From Macrostomum lignano (Eukaryota), in assembly GCA_002269645.1 (NCBI GenBank), contig NIVC01000108.1:496001-560000 (forward strand): a DNA stretch of 64,000 nt, written 5' to 3'. The notes beneath the pieces are model-generated. The model had not been told where the DNA came from and searched no databases. It saw only the letters and a list, made by a program, of their open reading frames with translations. Positions within the stretch are counted from its first letter, which is position 1. Each line of letters starts with the position of its first letter. The position numbers and the translations under genes were made by a program. Below are positions 34,401 to 45,200 of the stretch, piece after piece.

Positions 34401-34408
34401 GTCGTCAT
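28402..34408 (-). CDS. RPGR: RPGR-like RCC1-repeat ciliary protein, 9 exons, ~865 aa
   Basis: Exons 34375-34408, 33018-33449, 32484-32728, 32223-32412, 31264-31809, 30406-30449, 30138-30317, 29206-29373, 28402-29160; all GT-AG and phase-consistent. N-terminus VP|DSGAVFAFGK..KFYIRND matches human RPGR MP|DSGAVFTFGK..KFWFKND with the same phase-1 intron. RCC1 repeats GQNDYGQLGLG, GESEGGKLGL, GDALHGKLG. Ends SRSCSIL* (CaaX, compare human SKSCTIL). Confidence 0.9.
29476..29950. repeat. Intronic minisatellite, 21-bp unit GATCCCAAATCCTAAATCCCT
   Basis: Tandem array in RPGR-like intron 7. Confidence 0.95.
30610..30935. repeat. Degenerate GGGAATCCC/AAATCCCTAAA repeat
   Basis: Loose tandem repeat in RPGR-like intron 5. 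Confidence 0.7.
31848..32195. repeat. Intronic G-rich minisatellite, 25-bp unit GGGTGCCTGGGGCAGGGAGTGAGGT
   Basis: About 14 units in RPGR-like intron 4; an inverted copy lies at 38815-39172. Confidence 0.95.
32762..32968. repeat. Intronic minisatellite, 23-bp unit GGACATCTAGTCACTGATCTATT
   Basis: 9 near-perfect units in RPGR-like intron 2. Confidence 0.95.
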
Positions 34409-35361
34409 GGCTAGAATTTTCACATACTAATAATACATTGATACATAGGAATCTACTACCAGGACACTTTTTTTCGAAAGCATTAATCAAAATGAATCTG
34501 AAAGTCAAATTAAGCGACTTTCACTATCTCGCTTGGTTTTAAAATGAGTCAAAAGATTTCACTTCAAACAGCGACAGTAAAAATAAAGACAACTACCATA
34601 GTTTTGCACTTGCTAGCGCATGTAAAAATAAAAAACTAAATATAACACCATGCTAGCAAGTATTTGCTTAACCAATGTAAAGTTATCAAAACACGACGAC
34701 AATTTGTTATAATTTTACACTTTCTGAATCCGGTCAGTGCAGTTGATATTCTTCTTAGAGCCTCTTCACGGCAATCGATTCTCGAACCAGAAACGGTTCG
34801 GATTTCCAAGAAAAAAGCAGTATAACTATTTAACTTTGTTGAATGTTTGACTGCCTTAACAGCCTCACTTTGCACAATTTTTCACTTTCTTCTTGGCTAT
34901 TGCCATTCAATAATCACAATTTTAAAGCACTAATATCCCTCTAGTTTAGGAGACAAAAAGTTATACTTAAAAAAATTGGTCCTGGTTCTAGAACCAGAAC
35001 AAGCAATATGAAGAGCCTCTTAGATAGAACAAACTTTTAAAAGTAGTCACTTTTATGGACTATAATAGTTCGTGAATTAGTGGAACTCTGAAAGCCTCTA
35101 AGACAAGATGTAGCTTTATAATGTAAGTGTGGGTGAATAGCAATTTAAGTACACATTATTAGACACACTGATTTTTTGTTAAATATGGCTTTATCATGGT
35201 TTTATATTTTTTCAGAGCGAAGTTTACATTTTATTTGTTTCATAAATAAAAAAATCGAATTTATTGATATTCAGGCATCATTTTCATCATATACAGCATT
35301 GCATACATGTACGTTTACAGTTAACACGAAAACGATTAGTTATATAGTGTGTTTCACTGTT

Positions 35362-36753
35362 TTACTTTCTCCTACTTGTGGCATTTGGTCGCCATACCGC
35401 GGTTTTCTTCTTTTTAGATTCATCGTCCTCTTCACCAGCTGCTAGCTGCTGCTTCTGCTGCGACTTTTTTATTTTCCATTTCTGGAAAGCCATGTCTGAC
35501 TTGGCGCGCTTTTCTTCTTCTTGTCTTTGCTGATCGTCGGTCGTCGAAGTCGACGGAGCTGACCGTCGCTCCTTCGCCGAGGTCTCCTTGCGCTTCGCCC
35601 AGGCCGCCGCTGCGCTGGCTGCTGTGGCGCGTCGCTCCTCGTCTTTCGCCTCCTTGGCGCGCCTCTCTTCTGCACGGCGTTGGCGCTCAGCGCGCTGGCG
35701 TTCCGCCAACTCGGCGTCCTTGCGTTGGCGCCAATTGGCGATGGCTGCTTCAGAGTCGGCCGGCATCTTCTGCTGCCGCTGCTCTTCCTGTTTATTCTTG
35801 TCTGTTGTCTTCTTTTTCTGTGGGAGTTTATAAGAAATATTGTAGCTTGCATGTTGCATGCATGTTGCTACATGTGTATACGTATATGAGCCGCTCAAAA
35901 GACGTCCTTACTTAAGTCGTCTATGGAGCCCCTGTTTACAGCATTCTTGATTCAAATTGATTCAAAAATTTGCTCATATAAGCCAATCCCCACTGCTTGG
36001 AAAGAGAACCGGAAGTCAATCCCCAATTACCAGAAGGAGAACCGGAAGTCAATCCCCAATGACCGGAAGGAGAACCGGAAGTCAATCCCCAATGACCGGA
36101 AGGAGAACCGGAAGTCAATCCCCAATGACCGGAAGGAGAACCGGAAGTCAATCCCCAATGCCCAGAAGGAAAACCGGAAGTAAATCCCCACAATGCCCAG
36201 AAGGAAAACCGGAAGTCAATCCCCAATGCCCAGAAGGAAAACCGGAAGTCAATCCCCAATGCCCAGAAGGAAAACCGGAAGTCAATCCCCAATGACCGGA
36301 AGGAAGACCGGAAGTCAATCCCCAATGACTGGAAGGAGAACTGGAAGCCAATTCCTTAATAAGCGAATGTTAGCGGGTTTCGCAGTCTGCAGAGCAGCAG
36401 ACGCCGGAAGATCCGAGTAACTTCCGCCTCCTCACCCCGGCGCCCGTCTTCTGCTTCTCCTGCAGCCAGCTCGCGTAGGCCACCCGCCCCTCCTCCAGTT
36501 TGCGCCGCTTTTCCTCCTCCGCCGCCGCCGCCTCGGCCGCTGCCCTGGCCGCTGGGCCGCCGCTAAAGCCGCCCGATCGCTTTTTGGCGGCCATCCAATT
36601 ATCGAACGCCGCTTGCCGCAGCTCGGCAGCGGAGCCTTCGAACTCCAGCTGCTCGTCCTCGAACTCAGCGTCACCATGGCAGTCGCAGTCGCAGCCATCA
36701 GGCTGCAGCTGCAGCTGGGCGAATTGCCGCCACAGCTCGCAGGACTCGGCCAT
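35362..36753 (-). CDS. Short MAP9/CCDC34-like coiled-coil protein, 2 exons, ~257 aa
   Basis: Exons 36436-36753 and 35362-35817 (phase 0, GTGAGG..CACAG). Repeated AFxxW motifs (AAFDNWM, AYASWL, AIANWR, MAFQKWK). C-terminal VWRPNATSR is shared with the neighbouring MAP9-like gene (AWRPNSTSR). The start codon is uncertain. Confidence 0.75.
35984..36350. repeat. Intronic minisatellite, 33-bp unit containing ACCGGAAGT
   Basis: 10 copies of ACCGGAAGT at ~33-bp spacing (36008-36315). Confidence 0.95.
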
Positions 36754-36952
36754 GCAGCAGGCCGGTGTCAGCAGCTCGCACAGGGCGCTCGTGGTTGCTA
36801 AGGGGCGCTGGCGTTGCCATGCATGCTGTACATCTTGGAAACCGCTTAAAAAGTAGGTAGGGCCAATTTTCATTGCTCTGTCTATTTACAATTTGGAATT
36901 ATGAAAAACTAAGGGGACTCAATCACTTTAAAAACCAGGTGTACGCATTAGG

Positions 36953-36966
36953 GTTGCTATGGTAAC
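36953..36966. promoter_or_regulatory. RFX X-box (GTTGCTATGGTAAC)
   Basis: Full match to the GTHNYYATRRNAAC consensus, ~200 bp upstream of the ATG at 36753. Confidence 0.7.
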
Positions 36967-37074
36967 TGGATGGGGCTGTACTCATCATTTGCTCTCACTG
37001 CCAAAAAAAGAGAGATGAAAACATCTCTACCGCTGTGAGCACCACTGTCGGACTCTCATCTTTCTTTTCACCTT

Positions 37075-37950
37075 TCTCTCTCTTCTTTCTTCTCTCCCTC
37101 CACCCTCTCTTTACCCTCTCTTCACCCTCTCTTTACCCTCTCTTCACCCTCTCTTTACCCTCTCTTCACCCTTTCTTTACCCTCTATTTACCCTCTCTTC
37201 ACCCTCCTTTTACCCTTTATTTACCCAATCTTTACCCTCTCTTTACCCTCTCTTTACCCTCTCTTCACCCTCTCTTTACCCTCTCTTCACCCTCTCTTTA
37301 CCCTCTCTTCACCCTTTCTTTACCCTCTATTTACCCTCTCTTCACCCTCCTTTTACCCTATATTTACCCAATCTTTACCCTCTCTTTACCCTCTCTTCAC
37401 CCTCTCTTCACCCTCTCTTCACCCTCTCTTTACCCTCTCTTTACCCTCTCTTCACCCTCTATTTACCCAATCTTGCTGTATCTTTACCTCTCTTTACCTT
37501 CTCTTTACCCTATCTTCACCCTTTCTTTACCCTCTATTTACCCTCTCTTCACCCTCCTTTTACCCTCTATTTACCCAATCTTGCTGTATCTTTACCTCTC
37601 TTTACCTTCTCTTTACCCTATCTTTACCCTCTCTTTACCCTCTCTTCACCCTCTCTTCATCCTCTCTTCACCCTCTCTTTACCCTCACTTCAACCTCTCT
37701 TTACCCTCTCTTCACCCTCTATTTACCCAATCTTTACCTCTCTTTACCTTCTCTTTACCCTATCTTCACCCTTTCTTCACACTCTCTTCACTCTCTATTT
37801 ACTCTCTCTTGACCCTCTACTCACACACTCTTTACCCTATCTTGACCCTCTCTTGACCCTCTCTTCACTCTCTCTTGACCCTATTTTCACTCTCTCTCTT
37901 TACCCTCTCTTCCGAGTTTCCCGTATTTTCACTCTCTCTTGCCTCTCTCT
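37075..37950. repeat. CT-rich minisatellite, 11-bp unit CTCTT(T/C)ACCCT
   Basis: Long polypyrimidine tandem array. Confidence 0.95.
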
Positions 37951-38814
37951 ATCTCCGCCCTCTTACTGAATTGGTCATCTGTCCCATCTCGTGACTCCGT
38001 GAGACTTCTGAGAAAATAAACCTGCACCGGCAATGCAATAAAGATAAAAACTAATGAACAGCTCGTGAAAGAATAAAGCAGGCATAAATATAATTTATAT
38101 AGTTTTCAGAACTGATCAACTCAGCAATTCTTCTAAGAATTTATTAGGCGGAGCTGTCAGAGCAATTAGCGGGTGAAAAGTCAGTTAGAAATCAATAAGA
38201 GACCACCCGCTGAGTTAACAACAATAAAACAGTTTATGGTGCAGGTTAATTAGGTCAGACGCAACACAATGATTAATTGGCATGCAAAAATTGTCTGAGT
38301 TATTCTATTAATTAACTCTACAGTAATTTTCATTAATCTGGTGGAATGACGCAGCAGCTGATTGCCAGTCACAAAATAGGGGAAATTCTAGCCAAAAGTT
38401 TCGCATCCTAAAATGAACCCATCGTTAACTTCAGGCTCAGCCTAGAGTGATCCCCAGTCAACATTTTAGGAAAATGTATGAAAATGTAACAATATAAAAT
38501 CGGTATGTAGATTAGCAGTTCGTATGCACAGATAGAAAAAATATTGACAGAAAACTCTATTATGAAGCCTAGAAACATAGAAATTATTTAGGTAGAACTT
38601 GCGCAGTACACAATTTGAATGAAATATAATAATTCAGTCAGAGCGGCCTCATATTACGGCATTGACGACGTCAAATTACACTTGGGCGGTGCGTTTTGAC
38701 GATTTTTTACGTGAAAAAGGGGCTCAAGGATGTTTGCGGTCAAATTTACTTCACGAGCTGGGCACCAGTGCATTCTCTTTCACTTCACTTGCACTACCCC
38801 AGAAACCCACCTAG

Positions 38815-39172
38815 CATCCTACCTTAGGCACCCAACTCACTCCCTGTCCCAGACACCCACCTCACTTCCTGCCCCAGGCACCCACCTCATTTCCTGCCTA
38901 TAAAACCACCTCACTCCCTACCACAGGCACCCACCTCACTCCTTGCCCCAGGCACTCACCTCACTCCCTGCCCCAGGCACCCACCTCACTCCCTGCCCCA
39001 TACACCCACCTCACTCCCTGCCCCAGGCACCCACCTCACTCCTTGCCCCAGGCACTCACCTCACTCCCTGCCCCAGGCACCCACCTCACTCCCTGCCCCA
39101 TACACCCACCTCACTCCCTGCCCCAGGCACCCACCTCACTCCCTGCCCTAGACACTCACCTCACTCTCTGCT
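38815..39172. repeat. 25-bp minisatellite CACCCACCTCACTCCCTGCCCCAGG (reverse complement of 31848-32195)
   Basis: Same unit as the RPGR-like intron 4 array, in the opposite orientation. Confidence 0.93.
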
Positions 39173-39284
39173 CCAAGAAGCAGCACCCTATTAACTTAAT
39201 CCAACCCAAATAATATTATCGACAAGCCTTCGTTCATATCGGAAGTCTTCAGACGGATGGTAATCAGGTGCACTGGCTGCCCGA

Positions 39285-42200
39285 TCACCTGATTCTCGAA
39301 GTCGAATTCGGCCGCCACGCCCGCCGTTGAGTAGTTGAACCGGACAGCGATTGAGTGGCGTGGGTCGTCTCGAACTCCTCCTTCCGGCGGCTCCATTCGA
39401 GAAAGGCCTGGCGCGCCTCCTTCTGCTTTCTCTCCTCCTCCCGCAGCCGCTCCCTTTCCTGCTCCAGGGCCGCGTCCGAGGCCTTCTGCTTCTCCATCTG
39501 CAGCCGCTTCTCCTTGACGCCCTGCCACTTCTCCACCTTCTCCTCCGACTCCAGCTTCTTCTGTTTCTCCTTCTCGAGTTTCTCCCTTTTCTCCTGCCGT
39601 TTCTTCCGCTTCTCCTCTTCCAGCTTCTCCATCTTCTCCTGCTCCTTCTGCTCCCGCCATTTCGCGAAAGCGGCCTTCGCCTCCCTTTCCTTTTCCTCCT
39701 TTTTCTGCTTCTCCTCCTCCGGAGACAGCTTCTTCTCGTCCTTCTGCGCGTGGGGTAGCAAAAGGCAAAAAGGGGAAGTTCTGAGGACCAGCAAATATTA
39801 TGAAAGCCACAGCGAGTTTTATCCAGATTATAACTAAGACTGAGATTTCCTACCTATGGGTTCAGCATCCAGGGCTCAGGCACCCCATCCAGGCATCAGG
39901 CACCCCATCCAGACCTCAGACACCCCATCCAGACCTCAGACACCCCATCCAGGCCACAGGCATCACATCCAGGCCTCAATCACCCCATCCAGGCCTCAGA
40001 CACCCCATCCAGGCATCAGGTACCCCATCCAGACCTCAGGCACCCCATCCAGACTTCAGGCACCCCATCCAGGCATCAGGCACCCCGTCCAGGCCTCAGG
40101 CACCCCGTCCAGACCTCAGGCACCCCATCCAGACCTCAGACACCCCATCCAGGCCTCAGGCACCCCATCCAGACCTCAGGCATCACATCCAGACCTCAGG
40201 CATTCCATCCAGACCTCAGGCACCCCATCCAGACCTCAGGAACCCCATCCAGACCTCAGGCACCCCATCGAGACCAGACCTCAGACACCCCATCCAGGCC
40301 TCAGACACCCCATCCAGGCATCAGGTACCCCATCCAGACCTCAGGCACCCCATCCAGACTTTAGGCACCCCATCCAGGCATCAGGCACCCCATCCAGACC
40401 TCAGGCACCCCATCCAGACCTCAGACACCCATCCAGGCCTCAGGCACCCCATCCAGATCTCAGACACCCCATCCAGGCCTCAGACACCCCATCCAGGCCT
40501 CAGGCACCCCATCCAGATCTCAGACACCCCATCCAGGCCTCAGACACCCCATCCAGACCTTAGACACCCCATCCAGGCCTCAGGCACCCCATCCAGGCAT
40601 CAGGCACCCCATTCAGGCATCAGGCACCCCGTCCAGGCCTCAGGCACCCCGTCCAGACCTCAGGCACCCCATCCAGACCTCAGACACCCCATCCAGGCCT
40701 CAGGCACCCCATCCAGACCTCAGGCATCACATCCAGACCTCAGGCATCACATCCAGACCTCAGGCATTCCATCCAGACCTCAGGAACCCCATCCAGACCT
40801 CAGGCACCCCATCCAGACCAGACCTCAGACACCCCATCCAGGCCTCAGACACCCCATCCAGGCATCAGGTACCCCATCCAGACCTCAGGCACCCCATCCA
40901 GGCATCAGGCACCCCATCCAGGCATCAGGCACCCCGTCCAGGCCTCAGGCACCCCGTCCAGACCTCAGACACCCCATCCAGCCATCAGACACCCCATCCA
41001 GGCCTCAGGCACCCCATCCAGATCTCAGACACCCCATCCAGACCTCAGACACCCCATCCAGGCCTCAGGCACCCCATTCAGACCTCAGACACCCCATCCA
41101 GGCATCAGGTACCCCATCCAGACCTCAGGCACCCCATCCAGACTTCAGGCACCCCATCCAGGCATCAGGCACCCCATCCAGGCATCAGGCACCCCGTCCA
41201 GGCCTCAGGCACCCCATCCAGACCTCAGGCCCACCATCCAGACCTCAAACACCCCGTCCAGACCTCAGGCACCCCATCCAGACCTCAGACACCCCATCCA
41301 GGCCTCAGACACCCCATCCAGGCCTCAGGCACCCCATCCAGACCTCAGACAACCCATCCAGGCATCAGGTACCCCATCCAGACCTCAGGCACCCCATCCA
41401 GACTTCAGGCACCCCATCCAGGCCTCAAACACCCCGTGCATACCTCAGGCACCCCATCCAGACCTCAGGCACCCCATCCAGACTTCAGACACCCCATCCA
41501 GGCCTCAAACACCCCATCCAGATCTCAGGCACCCCATCTAGACCTCAGGCACCCCATCCAGGCCTCAGACACCCCATCCAGACCACAGGCATCACATTCA
41601 GGCCTCAATCACCCCATCCAGACCTCAGACACCCCATCCAGGCATCAGGCACCCCATTCAGGCCTCAGGCACCCTATCCAGGCCTCAGACACCCTATCCA
41701 GGCCTCAGACACTCCATCCAGGCCTCAGACACCCCATCCAGGCCTCAGACACCCCATCCAGGCCTCAGACACCCTATCCAGACTTCAGGCACCCCATCCA
41801 GGCATCAGGCACCCCATCCAGGCATCAGGCACCCCGTCCAGGCCTCAGGCACCCCATCCAGACCTCAGGCCCACCATCCAGGCCTCAGACACCCCATCCA
41901 GGCCTCAGACACCCCATCCAGGCCTCAGACACCCCATCCAGACCTCAGACACCCCATCCAGGCCTCAGACACCCTATCCAGGCCTCAGACACCCCATCCA
42001 GGCCTCAGACACCCCATCCAGGCCTCAGACACCCCATCCAGGCCTCAGGCACCCCATCCAGACCTCAGACACCCCATCCAGGCCTCAGACACCCCATCCA
42101 GACCTCAGGCACCCCATCCAGGCTGAACGCACAAGCGTCCCCAGCCAAAGAACTCCAGCCAAAGCTGCTCACCTTCTTCTTTGGCGCATTCGCCTTCTTG

Positions 42201-45200
42201 TTCTTCAGCCAGCTCTCAAAGGCCGCCTTGCCTTCCAGCTTCTTCTCCTGCTCTTCCGCTTTCTTCTTCTCGGCCTCCTGCCGCTTTTTGGCCTCCTCGG
42301 CGGCGCGCTGCTCCCGCGCCATGGCTAGCTTGGCGGCGTACCAGTCTGCGAACACGGACTGGCGGATGGTGCTGGAGTCGGTGAAGTTGATGGTGCTGGA
42401 GTCCATGAGGCTGCTGCTGCCCGTGCCTGCATCATGGACGGGTGGGCATCTCATCACTTCTTGCTCATTTTAGGGAGGAGGATTTGAGGAGTCTCAAATG
42501 AGATTTTAAGAGTCTCAAGTAAGATCTGAGTAGTCTAAAGTGGGATTCGAGGAGTCTCAAGCAAGATCTGAGGAGTCTCAAGTAAGATCTGAGGAGTCTC
42601 AAGTAAGATCTGAGGAGTCTCAAGTAAGATCTGAGTAGTCTCGAGTGGGATTTCAGGAGTCTCATGTGAGATTTGATGAGTCTCAAGTGAGATTTAAGGA
42701 GTCTCAAGTGAGATTTGAGGAGTCTCAAGTGAGATTTGAGGAGTCTTGAGTGAGATTTGAGAATTTCCAAAACATTAAAAAAATTTGCCCGCGCACCTGG
42801 CAGGAGGTGACGGGGTGGCCGGGTGTCCACGCGCGCCTTAGCGGAGGCCGTTCTCGGCCGCAGCACCCGCAGGTGGCGCTCCCTGGCCTGCTTCCGTTCC
42901 GCTTCAGCCCGCTCCCGCTCTGCCTGGCCGCTCATCACCTTGGCGACGGCCTCACCCGGGGTCTGGGCGTCCTCCACCTGAAGGAGTTTGGAATGAGGAA
43001 GCAGAGCTTGATCAGCCACCCCATTCAGGCCTCAGCCACTTCATCGATGCCTCAGCCACCTCATCAAGAAGCCACCCCAACTCATGCCTCAGCCACCCTA
43101 CCATCCCTCAGCCACCCTACCATGTGCCTCAGCCACCCTACCATATCCCTCAGCCACCCTACCATGTCCCTCAGCCACCCTTACCCATGCCTCAGCCACC
43201 CTACCCATGCCTCAGCCACCCTTACCCATGCCTCAGCCACCATTAACCATGCCTCAGCCACCCTTACCCATGCCTCAGCCACCTCATCCAGGCCTCAGCC
43301 ACCCCACCAGGCCTCACCTGGTAGATGTCCTTGTAATCCTTGGCATTTTTCTGCGTCTCCTTCTGCAGCTCCTCCTCCCGCTGCTTCTTGAGCGCCTCCC
43401 GCCTCTGCCGCTCCTTCTCCTTGGTGGCCGGCTCCTCCTCCAGCTCCTCGCAGAAGGAGCTCCGCCTGCGCCTGGCCGCCTCCTCCGCTTCTGCCGATTT
43501 CCTGGCAGCTTCATCCTGGCCGCGCCGGCTGTGCGGCTTCGGGACGGCCTCGGAGGCGGGCGCGGGGCCGAACAGGTCGCGCAGGGTCGCCTCCGCCTCC
43601 TCGCGCTCCTTGCGCTCCTCGGGGCGCTCCGGGCTCGGACTCTGCCGGCGGGGCCGCGGCTGCGGTCGCCTCTTGCCGTAGGCGTCGGCCTCCTCATCCT
43701 CGCTGGAGCCGCCGGAGCGGCGCCGGGACTTCCTGGCCTTCTCCTCCTTCTCCTTCTGCTTTCGCTTCTCTTCTTCGTCCAATTTCGAGTCGTCGCGTCG
43801 CTTGCTACGGCCGAACAGTTCGAATTCGTCCGGCGAGTCTAGCGGGTCTCGGCGCGAGGCGCCGGACTGGCGGCGCTCCGACTCGGGCAGGTGGCGCCGG
43901 AAGTCCCGGCCATCGTCCAGCGTCGGCCGCTTGCCCGCCTTGTCTTTGTCCTTCTTGTCCGCGTCTTTTTTCCTGTCTTTGTCCTTCTTGTCCGGGTCTT
44001 TTTTCCTGTCTTTGTCCTTGTCTCTGTACTTGTCCGCGTCCTGCATGTGGATCGGGGTTTCCATTTCCATTCCATTTCCATTCCATTTCCATTCCATTTC
44101 CATTCCATTTCCATTCCATTTCCATTCCATTTCCATTCCATTTCCATTCCATTTCCATTCCATTTCCATTCCATTTCCATTCCATTTCCATTCCATTTCC
44201 ATTCCATTTCCATTCCATTTCCATTCCATTTCCATTCCATTTCCATTCCATTTCCATTCCATTTCCATTCCATTTCCATTCCATTTCCATTCCATTTCTG
44301 TGATGACTTGATATTGAGAGTTTGCATTTGCGGTTTTGGGGTTGGCCTGCGCTGGGGGGTTGGAAGGCACGCTCAAGTTGCCTTTTAATTTATCGATTGT
44401 AATGTACGCGCGTACTTTGTGCATGCCTAATATTAAAATATATATATCGACTGATTCTGGCTTTTGAGCCCTCGTGTTTTTGTTATCGTCCGCCAAATAT
44501 TGCAATAGTTGACTCTGTTAAAGTGGCGACGAGGAATGAGTCTTATAGGCTCAATAGGACCCTTTGAAGAGGGCACTGAGACCTGGCAGCAGTACCAGGA
44601 GCGCTTAGAACAGTTTTTCACAGCAAATGAAATCAGCAATGAAAAGAGACGAGCCGTGCTGCTGAGCATCTGTGGCAGGGACACCTACCAGCTGATATCA
44701 AACCTGCTGTCACCGGCTCTGCCGAAGGACACGACCTACGACGCCATCTGTGCTAAGCTGAAGGAGCATTTTGATCCAACCCCACCAGAGATTGTACGGC
44801 GATTCAGGTTCTACAGCAGAAGCCGTCAGGCAGGCGAGTCGGTGGCAAGGTTCCTGGCTGAGCTGCGCAAGCTAGCTCGGGACTGCAATTTCGGCGTTGG
44901 CCTCAGCAGCATGCTCAGGGACCGGCTGGTCCTGGGGATCAGTGATGATTCCATTCAGCGGAGGCTCTTCACAGAGAAGGAGCTCTCACTGGACACGGCG
45001 CTGTCGCTGGCGCAGGCCCACGAGTCGGCCGCTCAAGGCAACCTGCTGGTGGCTAAAGGCGCCGGCTCTGACATGGTGCACGCTCTTCACCATTCTGCCC
45101 GGCGGGAGGCGGCCAGCGGGCCGTCAGCGAAGCGTTGCTATCGATGCCTGTCCCAGCGCCACCTGGCTGCAAAGTGCCCGTTCATCAATAGTAAGTGCTA

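Noticed and set aside
44060-44298. CCATTTCCATT array as telomeric or centromeric repeat
   Set aside because: It is short, intronic and not TTAGGG-like; the similarity to human satellite II/III is probably coincidental.
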